Counted from the first letter of the stretch, positions 1-11,287 are shown. The stretch: DNA of 64,000 nucleotides from Methanocaldococcus indicus (GCF_049554935.1 NZ_CP186926.1:1120001-1184000), one strand, 5' to 3'. Translations and numbers: made by a program. The notes: generated by a model from the sequence alone, not told the origin.

Positions 1-308
1 AAGAGGAGAGATTTGTAAGATTCTTAAATGAATGTCCTCCTATAACAAATAGACTACATTCCTTAGAATTACTTCCTGGAATTAGAGTTAAATATATGTG
101 GAAAATTATTGAAGAGAGAGAAAGAGAAAAATTTAAAAGTTTTGAAGATTTTGAGAAGAGAATTGGAAAAGACCCTGTTAGGATGATTGCTGAAAGAATT
201 GTTAAAGAACTATCTGATAATAAAAAAGATAAATATTACTTATTTGTTAAGTGGAAAAAGGGAATAATATTGGATGAGGATGATATGGCATTTTATTTAA
301 AAGAGTAA
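1..308 (+). CDS. DUF655 family putative RNA-binding protein (5' partial, begins before window)
   Basis: Open frame from position 3 (EERFVRFLNECPPITNRLHSLELLPGI...MWKIIEERE..F.SFED..KRI) matches the archaeal DUF655 C-terminal HhH region. Confidence 0.8.
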   Translation, partial: EERFVRFLNECPPITNRLHSLELLPGIRVKYMWKIIEEREREKFKSFEDFEKRIGKDPVRMIAERIVKELSDNKKDKYYLFVKWKKGIILDEDDMAFYLKE

Positions 309-330
309 ATTTAATTTTTTTGGTGAGGAG

Positions 331-1395
331 ATGATTAATCTAAGAAAGTTAGAGCATATTTTTATTTGTAATCATTGTGATGTTGAATATAAAAAAACTA
401 CTCTTTTGGAAGATGTTGAGCTTATACACTCTGGATGTGGGGGAGTTGATTTCAGCTCTATTGAGACAGAAATAGAAATTTTTGGAAAAAAATTAGATGC
501 ACCTATTATTGTATCTGGAATTACTGGGGGATATGAAGGAGCAAAAGAAATAAATAAAAATATTGCTAAGGCTGTTGAAGAACTTAACTTAGGAATGGGT
601 GTTGGCTCACAAAGAGCAGGAATTTTAAATAAGGATTTGGAAGATACATATAGTATAGTTAGAAAATATACAGATGGTTTGGTTATTGGTAATTTGGGAG
701 CTGTTAATTTAATGGATAGTTGGGGTTTAGAGGAGATTGATAAAGCTGTTAATATGATTGATGCAGATGCATTAGCTATTCATTTTAATCCTCTCCAAGA
801 GATTATACAACCAGAGGGAGATGTTAATTTTAAGAATATAAATAAACTAAAACTATTAATTGAAGAGTATAAGAAAGAGTATAAAGATATCCCTTTTATT
901 GCTAAACAAGTAGGAGAAGGATTCTCCAAAGAAGATGCTAAGAAATTATCATTTTTTGATGCAATAGATGTTCAAGGTAGTGGAGGAACATCTTGGGCAA
1001 AAGTTGAGTTATATAGAGTTAAAGATGAAGAGTATAAAAAAATATTATCTAAATTTTCTGAATGGGGAATTCCAACAGCTTTATCAATATTGGAAGTTAA
1101 ATCAGTATATAATAAGGTTATTATTGGTTCTGGTGGAATTAGAAGTGGTATAGATATTGCAAAAACTATAATTTTAGGATGTTCTTCTTCTGGAATAGCT
1201 TTGCCAATATTAAAAGCAGCATTGAGAAGTTGGGAAGAGGTTGTTAAAGTTTTAGAGAGATATATAAAAGAATTAAAAATAACTATGTTTTTAGTTGGTG
1301 CTGAAAATATTGATGAGCTAAGAAACACACCCTACATAATAAAAGGACAATTAAAAGAACTAATAAATCAGAGAATAAGAGGAGATACTATATGA
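331..1395 (+). CDS. fni: Type 2 isopentenyl-diphosphate delta-isomerase (FMN-dependent)
   Basis: RKLEH, SGITGG, MGVGSQR, HFNPLQEIIQPEGD, GSGGTSW and SGGIRSG motifs; GGTGAGG RBS. Confidence 0.96.
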   Translation: MINLRKLEHIFICNHCDVEYKKTTLLEDVELIHSGCGGVDFSSIETEIEIFGKKLDAPIIVSGITGGYEGAKEINKNIAKAVEELNLGMGVGSQRAGILNKDLEDTYSIVRKYTDGLVIGNLGAVNLMDSWGLEEIDKAVNMIDADALAIHFNPLQEIIQPEGDVNFKNINKLKLLIEEYKKEYKDIPFIAKQVGEGFSKEDAKKLSFFDAIDVQGSGGTSWAKVELYRVKDEEYKKILSKFSEWGIPTALSILEVKSVYNKVIIGSGGIRSGIDIAKTIILGCSSSGIALPILKAALRSWEEVVKVLERYIKELKITMFLVGAENIDELRNTPYIIKGQLKELINQRIRGDTI

Positions 1396-2738
1396 AGTTA
1401 GAAATTATTGCAATAGGTGGGTATGAGGAAGTTGGTAGAAACATGACAGCAGTTAATGTTGATGGAGAGATTATTATTTTTGATATGGGTGTTAGATTAG
1501 ATAGAGTCTTAATTCATGAAGATACAGACATATCAAAACTCCATAGTTTAGAGTTGATAGAGAAGGGAATTATTCCAAATGATACAGTTATGAGAAATAT
1601 TGAGGGTGAGGTTAAAGCAATTGTTCTATCTCATGGACATCTTGACCATATTGGAGCTGTTCCAAAGTTGGCTCATAGATACAATGCTCCAATTATTGGG
1701 ACTCCCTACACTATTGAATTAGTTAAAAGAGAAATTTTAAGTGAGAAGAAGTTTGATGTTAGAAATCCTCTAATAGTTTTAAATGCAGGAGAATCTATGG
1801 ATATAACTCCAAACCTTACATTAGAGTTTATTAGAATAACTCACAGTATTCCTGATTCAGTTCTTCCAGTTCTTTATACTCCTTATGGAGCTATTGTATA
1901 TGGAAATGATTTTAAATTTGACAACTTTCCAGTTGTTGGGGAAAAGCCTGATTATAGAGCTATAAAAAAGGTAGGAAAAAATGGAGTTCTATGCTTTATT
2001 TCAGAAACAACAAGAATAAACCATGAAGGAAAAACACCTCCAGAGATTATAGCATCAGGATTATTAAAAAATGATTTACTTTCAGCTGATAATGATAAAA
2101 ATGGAGTTATTGTCACTACTTTCTCATCTCATATAGCAAGAATAAAATCTATAACAGAGATAGCTGAAAAAATGGGAAGAACTCCTATTTTATTAGGAAG
2201 AAGTATGTTGAGATACTGTGGAATAGCCCAAGATATAGGTATAGTTAAGTTTCCAGAAGATTTAAGAATTTATGGAGACCCTTCATCTATTGAGATGGCT
2301 CTAAAAATGATAAGAAAAGAAGGTAAAGAAAAATATTTAATTATAGCTACTGGACACCAAGGAGAAGAAGGAGCAGTATTATCAAGAATGGCAACAAATA
2401 AAACGCCTTATGTATTTGAAAAGTATGACTGTGTTGTCTTCTCAGCTGACCCAATTCCTAATCCAATGAATGCAGCCCAAAGATATATGTTGGAATCAAG
2501 GTTAAAACTCTTAGGTGTTAGAATATTTAAAGGAGCTCATGTTTCTGGACATGCATCAAAAGAAGACCATAGAGACATGTTAAGATGGTTAAACCCGGAG
2601 CATATTATTCCTTCCCATGGTGACTTTAATTTGACAGCTGAATATACAAAATTGGCTGAGGAAGAAGGATATAGATTGGGAGATGATGTTCATTTATTAA
2701 GAAATGGGCAATGTTTAACATTTGAAAGAATATTATAA
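1392..2738 (+). CDS. rnj: RNase J family beta-CASP ribonuclease
   Basis: GGYEEVGRNM, SHGHLDHIG metallo-beta-lactamase motif, HVSGH, IPSHG; conserved fni-rnj-idsA order. Confidence 0.95.
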   Translation: MKLEIIAIGGYEEVGRNMTAVNVDGEIIIFDMGVRLDRVLIHEDTDISKLHSLELIEKGIIPNDTVMRNIEGEVKAIVLSHGHLDHIGAVPKLAHRYNAPIIGTPYTIELVKREILSEKKFDVRNPLIVLNAGESMDITPNLTLEFIRITHSIPDSVLPVLYTPYGAIVYGNDFKFDNFPVVGEKPDYRAIKKVGKNGVLCFISETTRINHEGKTPPEIIASGLLKNDLLSADNDKNGVIVTTFSSHIARIKSITEIAEKMGRTPILLGRSMLRYCGIAQDIGIVKFPEDLRIYGDPSSIEMALKMIRKEGKEKYLIIATGHQGEEGAVLSRMATNKTPYVFEKYDCVVFSADPIPNPMNAAQRYMLESRLKLLGVRIFKGAHVSGHASKEDHRDMLRWLNPEHIIPSHGDFNLTAEYTKLAEEEGYRLGDDVHLLRNGQCLTFERIL

Positions 2739-2749
2739 AATTCATTAAG

Positions 2750-3709
2750 GTGATAGTTATTTTCAAAAAAGAACTTCTAAATTTGATAGATAATGAGTTA
2801 AAAAAGTATCTAAATAAAGATGACAATCTATACAATGCATCTAAGCATTTAACATTTGCAGGTGGTAAAAGAATAAGACCTTATCTAACTCTTTTAGTCT
2901 ATAAACTAAAAAAAGATGATTTAGAAAAGGCATTACCTGGGGCTGTTTCAGTTGAATTAATACACAACTACACTTTAATACATGATGACATTATGGACAA
3001 TGATGATTTAAGAAGAGGAAAACCAACAGTTCATAAAGTTTTTGGTGTCCCAATAGCTATTTTAGCAGGAGATTTATTATATGCTAAGGCATTTGAAGCT
3101 ATATCAAATATAGAAGATAATAAAAAAGCTCATGAAGTTTTGAAAATTCTTTCAAAAGCTTGTGTTGAAGTATGTGAAGGACAAGCCATGGATATGGAAT
3201 TTGAAAGAAGATTTCCTAATATGGATGAATATTTAGAAATGATAAGAAAAAAGACAGGAGCTTTATTAGAGGCAAGTGCAAAGATTGGAGGAATTTTAGC
3301 AGATTTCAATGAAGAGGAGTTAAAGGCAATAGAAGAATATTCAAAATTAATAGGGTTAAATTTCCAGATTCAAGATGATATTTTAGATTTGATAGGGGAT
3401 AAGAACAAAATAGGAAAACCAGTAGGGAGTGATATAAGAGAAGGAAAAAAGACAATAATTATAATACATGCATTAGAAAATTTGGATGAAGAGAAAAAAG
3501 GAAGATTATTAAGTTTATTAGGCAAGAAAGATATAACAGATGAAGAGATAAAAGAAGCAATTGAAATATTAAAACCATCAATTGAATATGCTAAAAAACT
3601 AATGGAAGAAAACAATAAGAAGGCATTAAAAGCTTTAGAGATATTTGATAAAGATAGAAGAAAAGATTTAGAAGATTTAGCCAACTTCATTATAAGTAGG
3701 ATATATTAA
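2750..3709 (+). CDS. idsA: Short-chain/geranylgeranyl diphosphate synthase
   Basis: GGKRIRP, HDDIMDND..RRG (FARM), FQIQDDILD (SARM), GSDIREGK. Confidence 0.95.
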   Translation: MIVIFKKELLNLIDNELKKYLNKDDNLYNASKHLTFAGGKRIRPYLTLLVYKLKKDDLEKALPGAVSVELIHNYTLIHDDIMDNDDLRRGKPTVHKVFGVPIAILAGDLLYAKAFEAISNIEDNKKAHEVLKILSKACVEVCEGQAMDMEFERRFPNMDEYLEMIRKKTGALLEASAKIGGILADFNEEELKAIEEYSKLIGLNFQIQDDILDLIGDKNKIGKPVGSDIREGKKTIIIIHALENLDEEKKGRLLSLLGKKDITDEEIKEAIEILKPSIEYAKKLMEENNKKALKALEIFDKDRRKDLEDLANFIISRIY

Positions 3710-3729
3710 AAATTTTTTATTGTGATATC

Positions 3730-4212
3730 ATGAAGTTCCCAGAGTTGTATGTAGAAAATCCAAAAAAACATGAGAATAAGAGAGTTGTTATAGAAAGAGA
3801 TGGAAAAATTATAAAATTTTTAGATGAAAATGAAGACTATAAAGGAGATGGAAAAGTTCTATATAAAATAATATATGATGACTTTCCAAACTATATTCTT
3901 ATGAATGAACTTCTTTCTGATATCTTGCTTTATTATGAAGTTGGGGGAGCTAAACAAATAATATATCTAAAAAAAGGAACTAAACTTTTAGAAATTATGG
4001 CTGAGGGTTATAAAGTTTATCCAATTGTTGATTTTGGATGTAGAATTTTAGAAAATCATAGATTAGCAGCTATTCAAACAGGTAAAGGAGAGATTAGATT
4101 TGTAAATACTCCTGTAACTGGATTAGTTATTTTCTTAGAGGAAATCCCAACAAAATCTGGGAGAGAAAACTATAAATTTTACATACTCCCAGATAAAGAA
4201 ATTGAGGTTTAA
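3730..4212 (+). CDS. Conserved archaeal protein, DUF2118-like
   Basis: AEGYKVYPI...TGKGEIRF..P..G.V motif; operon context. Confidence 0.65.
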   Translation: MKFPELYVENPKKHENKRVVIERDGKIIKFLDENEDYKGDGKVLYKIIYDDFPNYILMNELLSDILLYYEVGGAKQIIYLKKGTKLLEIMAEGYKVYPIVDFGCRILENHRLAAIQTGKGEIRFVNTPVTGLVIFLEEIPTKSGRENYKFYILPDKEIEV

Positions 4213-4214
4213 TT

Positions 4215-4496
4215 ATGTTTGTTGCTAAACTAATAGCAGTATTTACTGTAAGAGAGGCTATTAATTCAGGATATGAAGAGTTTATAAAGTTGAGAGCAAT
4301 ATATGAAAATAGAAAATATAAAGATAATGATTATGTAGCTCTATTCAACATAGAAGGCACTACAAGCTATCATGTATTTTTTATAGATAAGGATACTAAA
4401 ATTGAAGATATTAAGAATGAGTTTGGAGAGTTAAATGTTATAATTAATTATGATTCTGAAAAATCTTTAAAAAGATTTATAGATGGTTTGAAATGA
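4215..4496 (+). CDS. Conserved methanogen protein, DUF749-like
   Basis: 93 aa with FNIEGTTSY motif, translationally coupled to neighbours. Confidence 0.6.
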   Translation: MFVAKLIAVFTVREAINSGYEEFIKLRAIYENRKYKDNDYVALFNIEGTTSYHVFFIDKDTKIEDIKNEFGELNVIINYDSEKSLKRFIDGLK

Positions 4497-5020
4497 AAGA
4501 TACAAGGGGATTAGATAAAGTATGGGTAGTTTTGTCAGAGTTGGCTGCTGAGTTAGTTAAAAAAGATATAAAAGTTCCTGAGATTGTTTTTGAAAAGTTG
4601 AGGTTATCAAAGGCCATATTGACATACTACATTTTAGATGAGCACACAACAGTAAAAACTTTGGCTAAAGCTGAAAAAGAATTAAATTATGCTCAATCTT
4701 ATTTATTTTCCTTGTGTGATGAAGAATTAATGAACAAATATTTAAAAAAGTTAGAGAAAGCAATAACTGGAGAGTTAGATGTAGAATTTCCTTTACCAAA
4801 AACAAAATTTGATACAGATGTTAAAAGAAGAGGTAATGTTGAAAGCATAAGAATTAAATTACTCAAATATATTGAAGAAGAGAGAGCTATTGATTTAGGA
4901 GAATGGCATGGTGTTATATTTGAATATAAAGATGATGAGAAAGTAGTTATTGAGGGAGATATAGAGAGAGTAAAAAGAGCACTAAAAGATTTTGGTATCT
5001 TATTAAAAAAGAGTGACTAA
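4493..5020 (+). CDS. Conserved methanogen protein, DUF2096-like
   Basis: WVVL.EL, EWHGVIFE and C-terminal G..ERVKRALK motifs. Confidence 0.65.
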   Translation: MKDTRGLDKVWVVLSELAAELVKKDIKVPEIVFEKLRLSKAILTYYILDEHTTVKTLAKAEKELNYAQSYLFSLCDEELMNKYLKKLEKAITGELDVEFPLPKTKFDTDVKRRGNVESIRIKLLKYIEEERAIDLGEWHGVIFEYKDDEKVVIEGDIERVKRALKDFGILLKKSD

Positions 5021-5022
5021 CA

Positions 5023-5715
5023 TTATACAACTCTTGTCTTTTTAACAATAAAAACACAATATGGGTCTCCTACACTAATACATTTTTCTTCAACAACTTC
5101 AACAATATATTTTCTATCAGCTATATTTTCTAAACATCCAGCTAAGAAACCGGCAGTTATATAACACACAGGTTCATTAGACCTATAATTTAAGGCCTCC
5201 TTATTATTTTTGACAGTAATCATTAATGGCTCTGACATTTCTATAGTAACTTCCCCAAATTCTTTTTTCATAAATTCTTTCATTTCATCATAATTTTTTA
5301 AATTTAGAAATAATGCATAATTTTTTCCTAAATCATAAAATATTTTTTTAATATTACTACCAAAATAAAATTTTCTTAAATAATCTTTGATATATACAAC
5401 TAATGGAGGGGCTCCAGTAAAATAAAATTGCTCTTTCTTTTCTTTGGATATAGGTTCAGTTTTTGACACTATTATTGATGATTTAAATTCCTCTTCTTTT
5501 AATTCTTTTTCCAATTCTTCTAATGGAGGATATGCTTCTAAAATTAAATCATGTAATCTTGTACCTTCAGTTAATTTTAATACTTCTTTTAATAGTTCCT
5601 TGTCATCTTTATATTTTTCAAGTAAGTTTTTCATCATTGTTAGTTTAATACCCATAAATTTAGCTCTGTTATCAATAATTTTGAGCATCTCTATAAGCTT
5701 TATAGGTGTTACCAT
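5023..5715 (-). CDS. V4R (4-vinyl reductase) domain protein
   Basis: C-terminal PVC...AGFLAG...VEEKC...GD.YC.F V4R signature; start placed at ATG 5715 after a purine-rich RBS. Confidence 0.8.
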   Translation of the reverse strand: MVTPIKLIEMLKIIDNRAKFMGIKLTMMKNLLEKYKDDKELLKEVLKLTEGTRLHDLILEAYPPLEELEKELKEEEFKSSIIVSKTEPISKEKKEQFYFTGAPPLVVYIKDYLRKFYFGSNIKKIFYDLGKNYALFLNLKNYDEMKEFMKKEFGEVTIEMSEPLMITVKNNKEALNYRSNEPVCYITAGFLAGCLENIADRKYIVEVVEEKCISVGDPYCVFIVKKTRVV

Positions 5716-5967
5716 CTCTATACCCCTTTTCATATAATAACAAAATTCAATAATACAATGTTGCATAACAATTAATAATAATTAAGGTTTAGAATAATAT
5801 AAAAGCTATACCAATATTTTAAGTTATCTATATTTTTTATATTTTTTTTATATTTATTCTTTATATTCTTTATTAAAACTATTTCTATGTAGTCATTATT
5901 TGGATATTAGAATAATAATCTAATTCCTATTTATAATTTTTTATTTATTAAACGACATATTACTAAT

Positions 5968-7440
5968 TCAAATTAACAAATTAATACCTTCCATAACTGC
6001 ATTTATTGAAGCTCTTATAATATCTGAATCAGATTTTTTAACTTCAACAATATCAGTTCCTTTTCTTAATTTTATAGAAACTTCAACTAATGCATCTGTT
6101 CCTCCACCAATAGCATTGACTTTATACTCCTCTAATTTTATATCTGCCACTCCACTTAAAGCCTTTTTAACAGCGTTTATAGCAGCATCTACTGGTCCTA
6201 CTCCATAAGCTGTCTCTATCAATGTTATATTTTCTCCTTTGTAGTGAAGTTTAACAGATGCTATTGGAGTTATTTTATTCCCAGATACTACTGTTAATTC
6301 ATCTAATTTTATCTTTTCCTCTGTTGCTCTTCCTAATACTTCATTAACTATAACCATTAAGTCATGGTCAGTAATATATTTCCCTAAATCACCAAGAGTT
6401 TTTATTTTTTCATATATCCTGTTAAGTTCTTCTTCTGAAACTTTAATACCCATTAGCTCTAATTTATATTTTAAAGCTTTTCTTCCTGAATGTTTTCCTA
6501 AGATTATTCTTCTTTTATTTCCCACAATTTCTGGAGATATTGGTTCATAAGTTTTAGTATTTTTAATTAATCCATCTACATGAATTCCTGCTTCATGGGC
6601 AAATGCATTATCACCAACTATTGCCTTGTTTGGAGGAACGGGGAGATTCATCAATCTTGCTACAACTCTTGAAACTTCATAAAGCTTCTCTAACTTGATA
6701 TTTGTATCATAACCATATAAAAACTTCATTGCACATACAACCTCTTCCAAAGCAGCATTACCAGCTCTCTCACCAATTCCATTTATTGTAACATGACATT
6801 GTTGAGCTCCAGATATCAGAGCTGAGCAAGTGTTTGCAACAGCTAAACCAAAATCATTGTGACAATGAACAGACACAGGAAGAGAAATTTCTTCACATAT
6901 TTTTTTAAATAGCTCTTGTGATTTTTGAGGTGTTAAAACTCCAACAGTGTCACATACACACACTCTATCAGCTTTTACTTTCTCTCCCTCTTTGAACAAT
7001 TTAATTAAAAAGTTTATATCTGCTCTTGTAGCATCTTCTGCTGATAACTCTACAATTAATCCATGGTCTTTTGCATATTCAACAGCTTTAATTGCAGAAT
7101 CTAAAACTTCCTCTTTTGGTTTTTTTAACTTATATTTTATATGAATATCTGAGGATGGCACAACTAAATGCACACTATCAACTTCACACTCTAATGCTGC
7201 ATCAATATCCACAGGTAGAGCTCTAACAAATGAACATATTTCAGCATTTAAATTTTCCTTAACTATTAATTTTATAGCTTCTCTCTCTCCTTTTGATGTT
7301 ATTGCACTTCCAGCTTCTATTACATCAACTCCTAACTCATCTAAATGTTTTGCTATTTCCAATTTTTCAGATGGTGTTAAAGAAACTCCAGGTGTTTGTT
7401 CTCCATCTCTTAATGTTGTGTCAAATACTCTAAATTTCAT
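5968..7440 (-). CDS. cimA: (R)-citramalate synthase
   Basis: DTTLRDGEQ, HCHNDFG, HEAGIH plus LeuA dimer domain; sequence closely follows M. jannaschii CimA as recalled. Confidence 0.9.
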   Translation of the reverse strand: MKFRVFDTTLRDGEQTPGVSLTPSEKLEIAKHLDELGVDVIEAGSAITSKGEREAIKLIVKENLNAEICSFVRALPVDIDAALECEVDSVHLVVPSSDIHIKYKLKKPKEEVLDSAIKAVEYAKDHGLIVELSAEDATRADINFLIKLFKEGEKVKADRVCVCDTVGVLTPQKSQELFKKICEEISLPVSVHCHNDFGLAVANTCSALISGAQQCHVTINGIGERAGNAALEEVVCAMKFLYGYDTNIKLEKLYEVSRVVARLMNLPVPPNKAIVGDNAFAHEAGIHVDGLIKNTKTYEPISPEIVGNKRRIILGKHSGRKALKYKLELMGIKVSEEELNRIYEKIKTLGDLGKYITDHDLMVIVNEVLGRATEEKIKLDELTVVSGNKITPIASVKLHYKGENITLIETAYGVGPVDAAINAVKKALSGVADIKLEEYKVNAIGGGTDALVEVSIKLRKGTDIVEVKKSDSDIIRASINAVMEGINLLI

Positions 7441-7451
7441 ATTAAGTCCCT

Positions 7452-8579
7452 CTATATAACTTTATTAAATACAGAATCAGCTGATTTTTGTGTTAGTTCA
7501 TAAATATTTATAGTATTATCAGAAATCTGCTTTAAAGTTGTTGATATTCTTGTATTGATACATATTGAGTATATTTTTATATTTTTTGATTTTATGATGT
7601 TTTTTATTTGCTCTATATCATCTAATGATAAATCATATTCTCCATCTGTAATAAATACAATATCACCATTATAAGACAAAGCTTTTTTTAAAGGTTTTTC
7701 AAAGTTAGTTCCACCACCATAAAATATAGAAGCAATATATATAATATCATCAAAGTTTATTTTTTCATATTCCAATATCTCCCTAACATCATCATCAAAA
7801 ATAATTATTTTACATTTTCTTTTTTCTTTTATAGCTACCTCTAACAAACTTATAGTTATTGCTTTTGCCCAAAGCTCTTTATTGCCTCTCATTGAGCCAC
7901 TTAAATCCAAACAAATTATAAAATCACCAACATTTTTTGAGATATCTAATTTATAGTTTAATAGCTTTTTCTCAGTATATCTCCTTAAAAAGTCAAGATA
8001 TAAGTAATCATCAGTTAAATTTTTTAATTCTGAAAGTATGAGATTATTTAAACTATCTCCCAAAGTTATTTCATATTTCTCTTTTGATGTTTGTCTTATT
8101 TTGTATCTATATTTTGATAAAGCTATTTTTCTAAATTTTCCAAGAATTTTAATAAGTTCTTTTAGTTTTCTGTTTTTTGCTATCTTTTTAGAGAGCTCTA
8201 ACTTATTTTTAGGATTTAAATAAGTTTTATCACCTTGTCCATATCCATAACTAACAGACAATAGACTTTCAAGATAATCCTCTAAATCTTCAATTATCTC
8301 ATTTATTTCCTTTCTTTCTTCACTTATTTTCTTACAAAAATAGTCAGTTGCTAATATGGAGTAGTATTCACTCAAAGTAGTTATATTTTTTATATTCTTA
8401 AATTTTTTGTTTGATTTTATTTTTTCAATTATCTCATTGTTCCTTAAAATTTCAATGTTGTATTTATAAAATAGATAGAAGATATTTTCCATTAAATCCT
8501 CATCTAAATAGGGATTAATTGAGTCCCTATATTTCTCCCATATTAGTTTATCATATCTATCATGCTTTATAATTATCAT
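7452..8579 (-). CDS. VWA domain protein (ViaA-like)
   Basis: MIDAS motif DLSGSM, GGGTNF, FITDG. Confidence 0.85.
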   Translation of the reverse strand: MIIIKHDRYDKLIWEKYRDSINPYLDEDLMENIFYLFYKYNIEILRNNEIIEKIKSNKKFKNIKNITTLSEYYSILATDYFCKKISEERKEINEIIEDLEDYLESLLSVSYGYGQGDKTYLNPKNKLELSKKIAKNRKLKELIKILGKFRKIALSKYRYKIRQTSKEKYEITLGDSLNNLILSELKNLTDDYLYLDFLRRYTEKKLLNYKLDISKNVGDFIICLDLSGSMRGNKELWAKAITISLLEVAIKEKRKCKIIIFDDDVREILEYEKINFDDIIYIASIFYGGGTNFEKPLKKALSYNGDIVFITDGEYDLSLDDIEQIKNIIKSKNIKIYSICINTRISTTLKQISDNTINIYELTQKSADSVFNKVI

Positions 8580-8605
8580 ATTAGCTCCCAAATTACAAAT
8601 ATATG

Positions 8606-8648
8606 TTATAAATATATGCTATTATTTTAATATATTGTCTTGTATTTT
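8606..8648. repeat. Left copy of 43-bp direct repeat (att-like island boundary)
   Basis: ttataaatatatgctattattttaatatattgtcttgtatttt, identical to 20176-20218. Confidence 0.92.
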
Positions 8649-8780
8649 GTAACTGACAGTATGATTACGGTATTCCTTTCTTTATTTAACTGATAGTGTG
8701 AATTCTTATTATCGATTTTAAAACCAAAAAAATAAAATAGTATCGATTTAAATACACTACTAAAAACATATGAAACTCCC

Positions 8781-9480
8781 ATGCTAACCACACTTAAAGA
8801 ATTACTCGTTAATGGTTTAAATACTTTAGGTATAGCCAATTCGGATAACTTGGTAGATTACTGCTTGGTTAGAACTTTAACCGAGATAAAGACAATTAAA
8901 GCAATATCTGGAGAGATTTTAGAAATTCATCGAACAACCATAATCAAAAAACTTCAAAAGCTATCGGAAATTGAGAACTGCTTTTATACTCATCTACTAA
9001 ACCTTCCCAACATTTTAAATAATCGTAAATTTAAATTTTCAATAATAATTGATTCAACCTTATTGAGAAGATATAGTAAAAATGTATTTGTTTGGCAGTT
9101 CTATTAGATACAATTACGTAGAAAATCATAAAAAATTATATCAAGAACAAATAAACTGCTGTATTTTTAATAAAAAAAAGGATTATACGATATACACCAC
9201 AATAAAACCAAGGAATATTAAATCGACTGATGTATATTTAAGAATTATAGAATCAATATCTAAAATTATTAAGAAAACGGTCGTTGGTGATGGTTTTGTA
9301 ACAATAAAGAAAATTTTAAGGAGATGTAATGAATTGGGAATCAATTATATTGGTAGAATCAGAAAAAACATAAAAATTGAAGTTTTCGGTAAAGATGTTA
9401 AAATAGAAGATATGTTTAAAAAGGACTTCAACGAAAATAAAGCTAAATTTTGTGATTTTCTTTACATAAATTATTTATAA
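8781..9480 (+). pseudogene. Degenerate DDE transposase (IS4/IS701/ISH3-like), frameshifted and truncated
   Basis: IIIDST first Asp motif, VVGDGF second Asp motif, YIGRIRKN; split over two frames with no C-terminal Glu region. Confidence 0.7.
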
Positions 9481-9671
9481 TACCTAAAATAAAGTTATAT
9501 AACGTTACTGTATCATACTTCCTATATCTTCTATTGTATCTTTTCCAGTATCCGGGTCTTTTTTTGCATTTTTCTTCACTCATATTTTTTATTACTTCAT
9601 TATACATTTTTATGTTTTTTCGACAACCTTACACATATAGAAATTATTTTTTGTTATTTTTTGGTGAGAGT

Positions 9672-10604
9672 ATGAAAGTTGGAATTACAGCAATAGTTCC
9701 ACCTGAGATTATTTACGCAACAAATCATACACCTTTAGATTTAAACAACTTTGTTCCACAATCTAATATAACTCCAAAAAATAAACTATGTGCCTGGACT
9801 GCTACATGGAGGGACTTAATTTTAGAGGATAAAATTAAAATTGATAAATTAATTGTTGTTGCAGGTGGAGATTGCCAAAATTCCCTTGTTGATGCTGAAA
9901 AGATAGAATTAAAGAAAAAAATTCCAACACATTATTTCTTTTATCAATTTGGAGATAAAAAGCACTTTGAAAATGAAATAAAAAAACTTATTAATTTTTT
10001 AGGAGGAGATGTTGATAAAGATATTTTAAGAGAAGTTTACAAAATAAAGAAACTTGTAAAAAAAGTCGATGAATTATGCTACAAAGACAAAATAAATGGG
10101 AAAGATGCGTTTTATACTATAATCTCTGCAAGCGATTTAAAAGGAAATCCAGACGTATATAAAAAAGAAATCAATAATTTATTAAACAAAGATGAAAATG
10201 TCGAATATAGTCATAGAATTGCTATAATAGGAATTCCTCCAATTTTTATAGATTTTTATGAATATTTAAATGAAATAAATGTACATTGTGTTTATAATGA
10301 GCTACCTTATGAGTTTATAAGAATGGGAGGATATTCAATAAAGAGTATTGTAGATACATATTCAACATACACATTTGCTAACCATATAAATAAAAGGATA
10401 AAGATTATAAAGAGAGAGCTAAAAAAAAGAAAGGTCGATGGAGTAATTCATTATACCCAAATGTGTTGCCATCATAAATTGGAAGATGAAATTCTCAGAG
10501 AATTTATTGATTATCCCATGCTAACAATAGAGGGGGATATTCCTCAAAAAACACCTGAACAAACAAAGTTAAGGATAGAAGCATTTATAGAATTGTTGGG
10601 ATAG
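9672..10604 (+). CDS. 2-hydroxyacyl-CoA dehydratase (HgdA/B/D) family Fe-S protein, short form
   Basis: VPPEII.A, LCAW, GGDCQN, DGVIHYTQMCCH, L.IEGD, KLRIEAF.E motifs; GGTGAG RBS before ATG 9672. Confidence 0.8.
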   Translation: MKVGITAIVPPEIIYATNHTPLDLNNFVPQSNITPKNKLCAWTATWRDLILEDKIKIDKLIVVAGGDCQNSLVDAEKIELKKKIPTHYFFYQFGDKKHFENEIKKLINFLGGDVDKDILREVYKIKKLVKKVDELCYKDKINGKDAFYTIISASDLKGNPDVYKKEINNLLNKDENVEYSHRIAIIGIPPIFIDFYEYLNEINVHCVYNELPYEFIRMGGYSIKSIVDTYSTYTFANHINKRIKIIKRELKKRKVDGVIHYTQMCCHHKLEDEILREFIDYPMLTIEGDIPQKTPEQTKLRIEAFIELLG

Positions 10605-10606
10605 CC

Positions 10607-11287
10607 ATGATAGGTATTGATGTTGGTTCAACAAACATAAAAATCGTAGACGGGAAGAGTTTTAAAAAATATCCAATAATTAAATTAAATGAAATATTAG
10701 AAAAATATAATAATGAAGAATCTTTTGCGACTGGATATTTTAGAAAGAGATTTAAAAATTACATAACTGAAATTACTGCTGCTATATATGGAATTGATAA
10801 AGATGTTGAAGTTATAATCGATATTGGGGGACAAGATACAAAGATAATAAACACAAAAACATTAGAGTTTATAATGAATGATAAATGTGGAGCAGGGACT
10901 GGATTATTTTTACAAACTATAGCAATGTATTTAAATGTTCCTATCGAAGATTTTGGAAAATATTATTCAAAAAATCCTCTAAACTTGAATAATACTTGTG
11001 CTGTTTTTTCAATTTCAGAAATAATTAACTACCTCGTGAGTGGCTATACTATTAAAGATATTATAGCATCTGTAAATTACACTATAGCAAAGAAAATAGC
11101 TAATATTAATCCCTATGAATGTGAAACTCTTACTCTAATTGGTGGAGTTGCAGAAAATAAAGCATTTGTGAGATATTTTAAAGAAATTACTGAGAAAGAA
11201 GTTTATGTTCCTAAAAATCCGCAATTTATAAATGCAATAGGGGCGAGAAAATATGGAATTAAATACTCAACAAAAAATCATCTTTGA
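10607..11287 (+). CDS. Acyl-CoA dehydratase activase (HgdC/BadF-BcrAD ASKHA ATPase, [4Fe-4S])
   Basis: GIDVGST, ATGY, DIGGQDTK, MNDKCGAGTG, TCAVF, GGVA.N, A.GA. Confidence 0.9.
   Translation: MIGIDVGSTNIKIVDGKSFKKYPIIKLNEILEKYNNEESFATGYFRKRFKNYITEITAAIYGIDKDVEVIIDIGGQDTKIINTKTLEFIMNDKCGAGTGLFLQTIAMYLNVPIEDFGKYYSKNPLNLNNTCAVFSISEIINYLVSGYTIKDIIASVNYTIAKKIANINPYECETLTLIGGVAENKAFVRYFKEITEKEVYVPKNPQFINAIGARKYGIKYSTKNHL

Noticed and set aside
8627-8839. 70-aa minus-strand ORF at the island edge
   Set aside because: Overlaps the transposase remnant and att repeat; no recognisable motif or RBS
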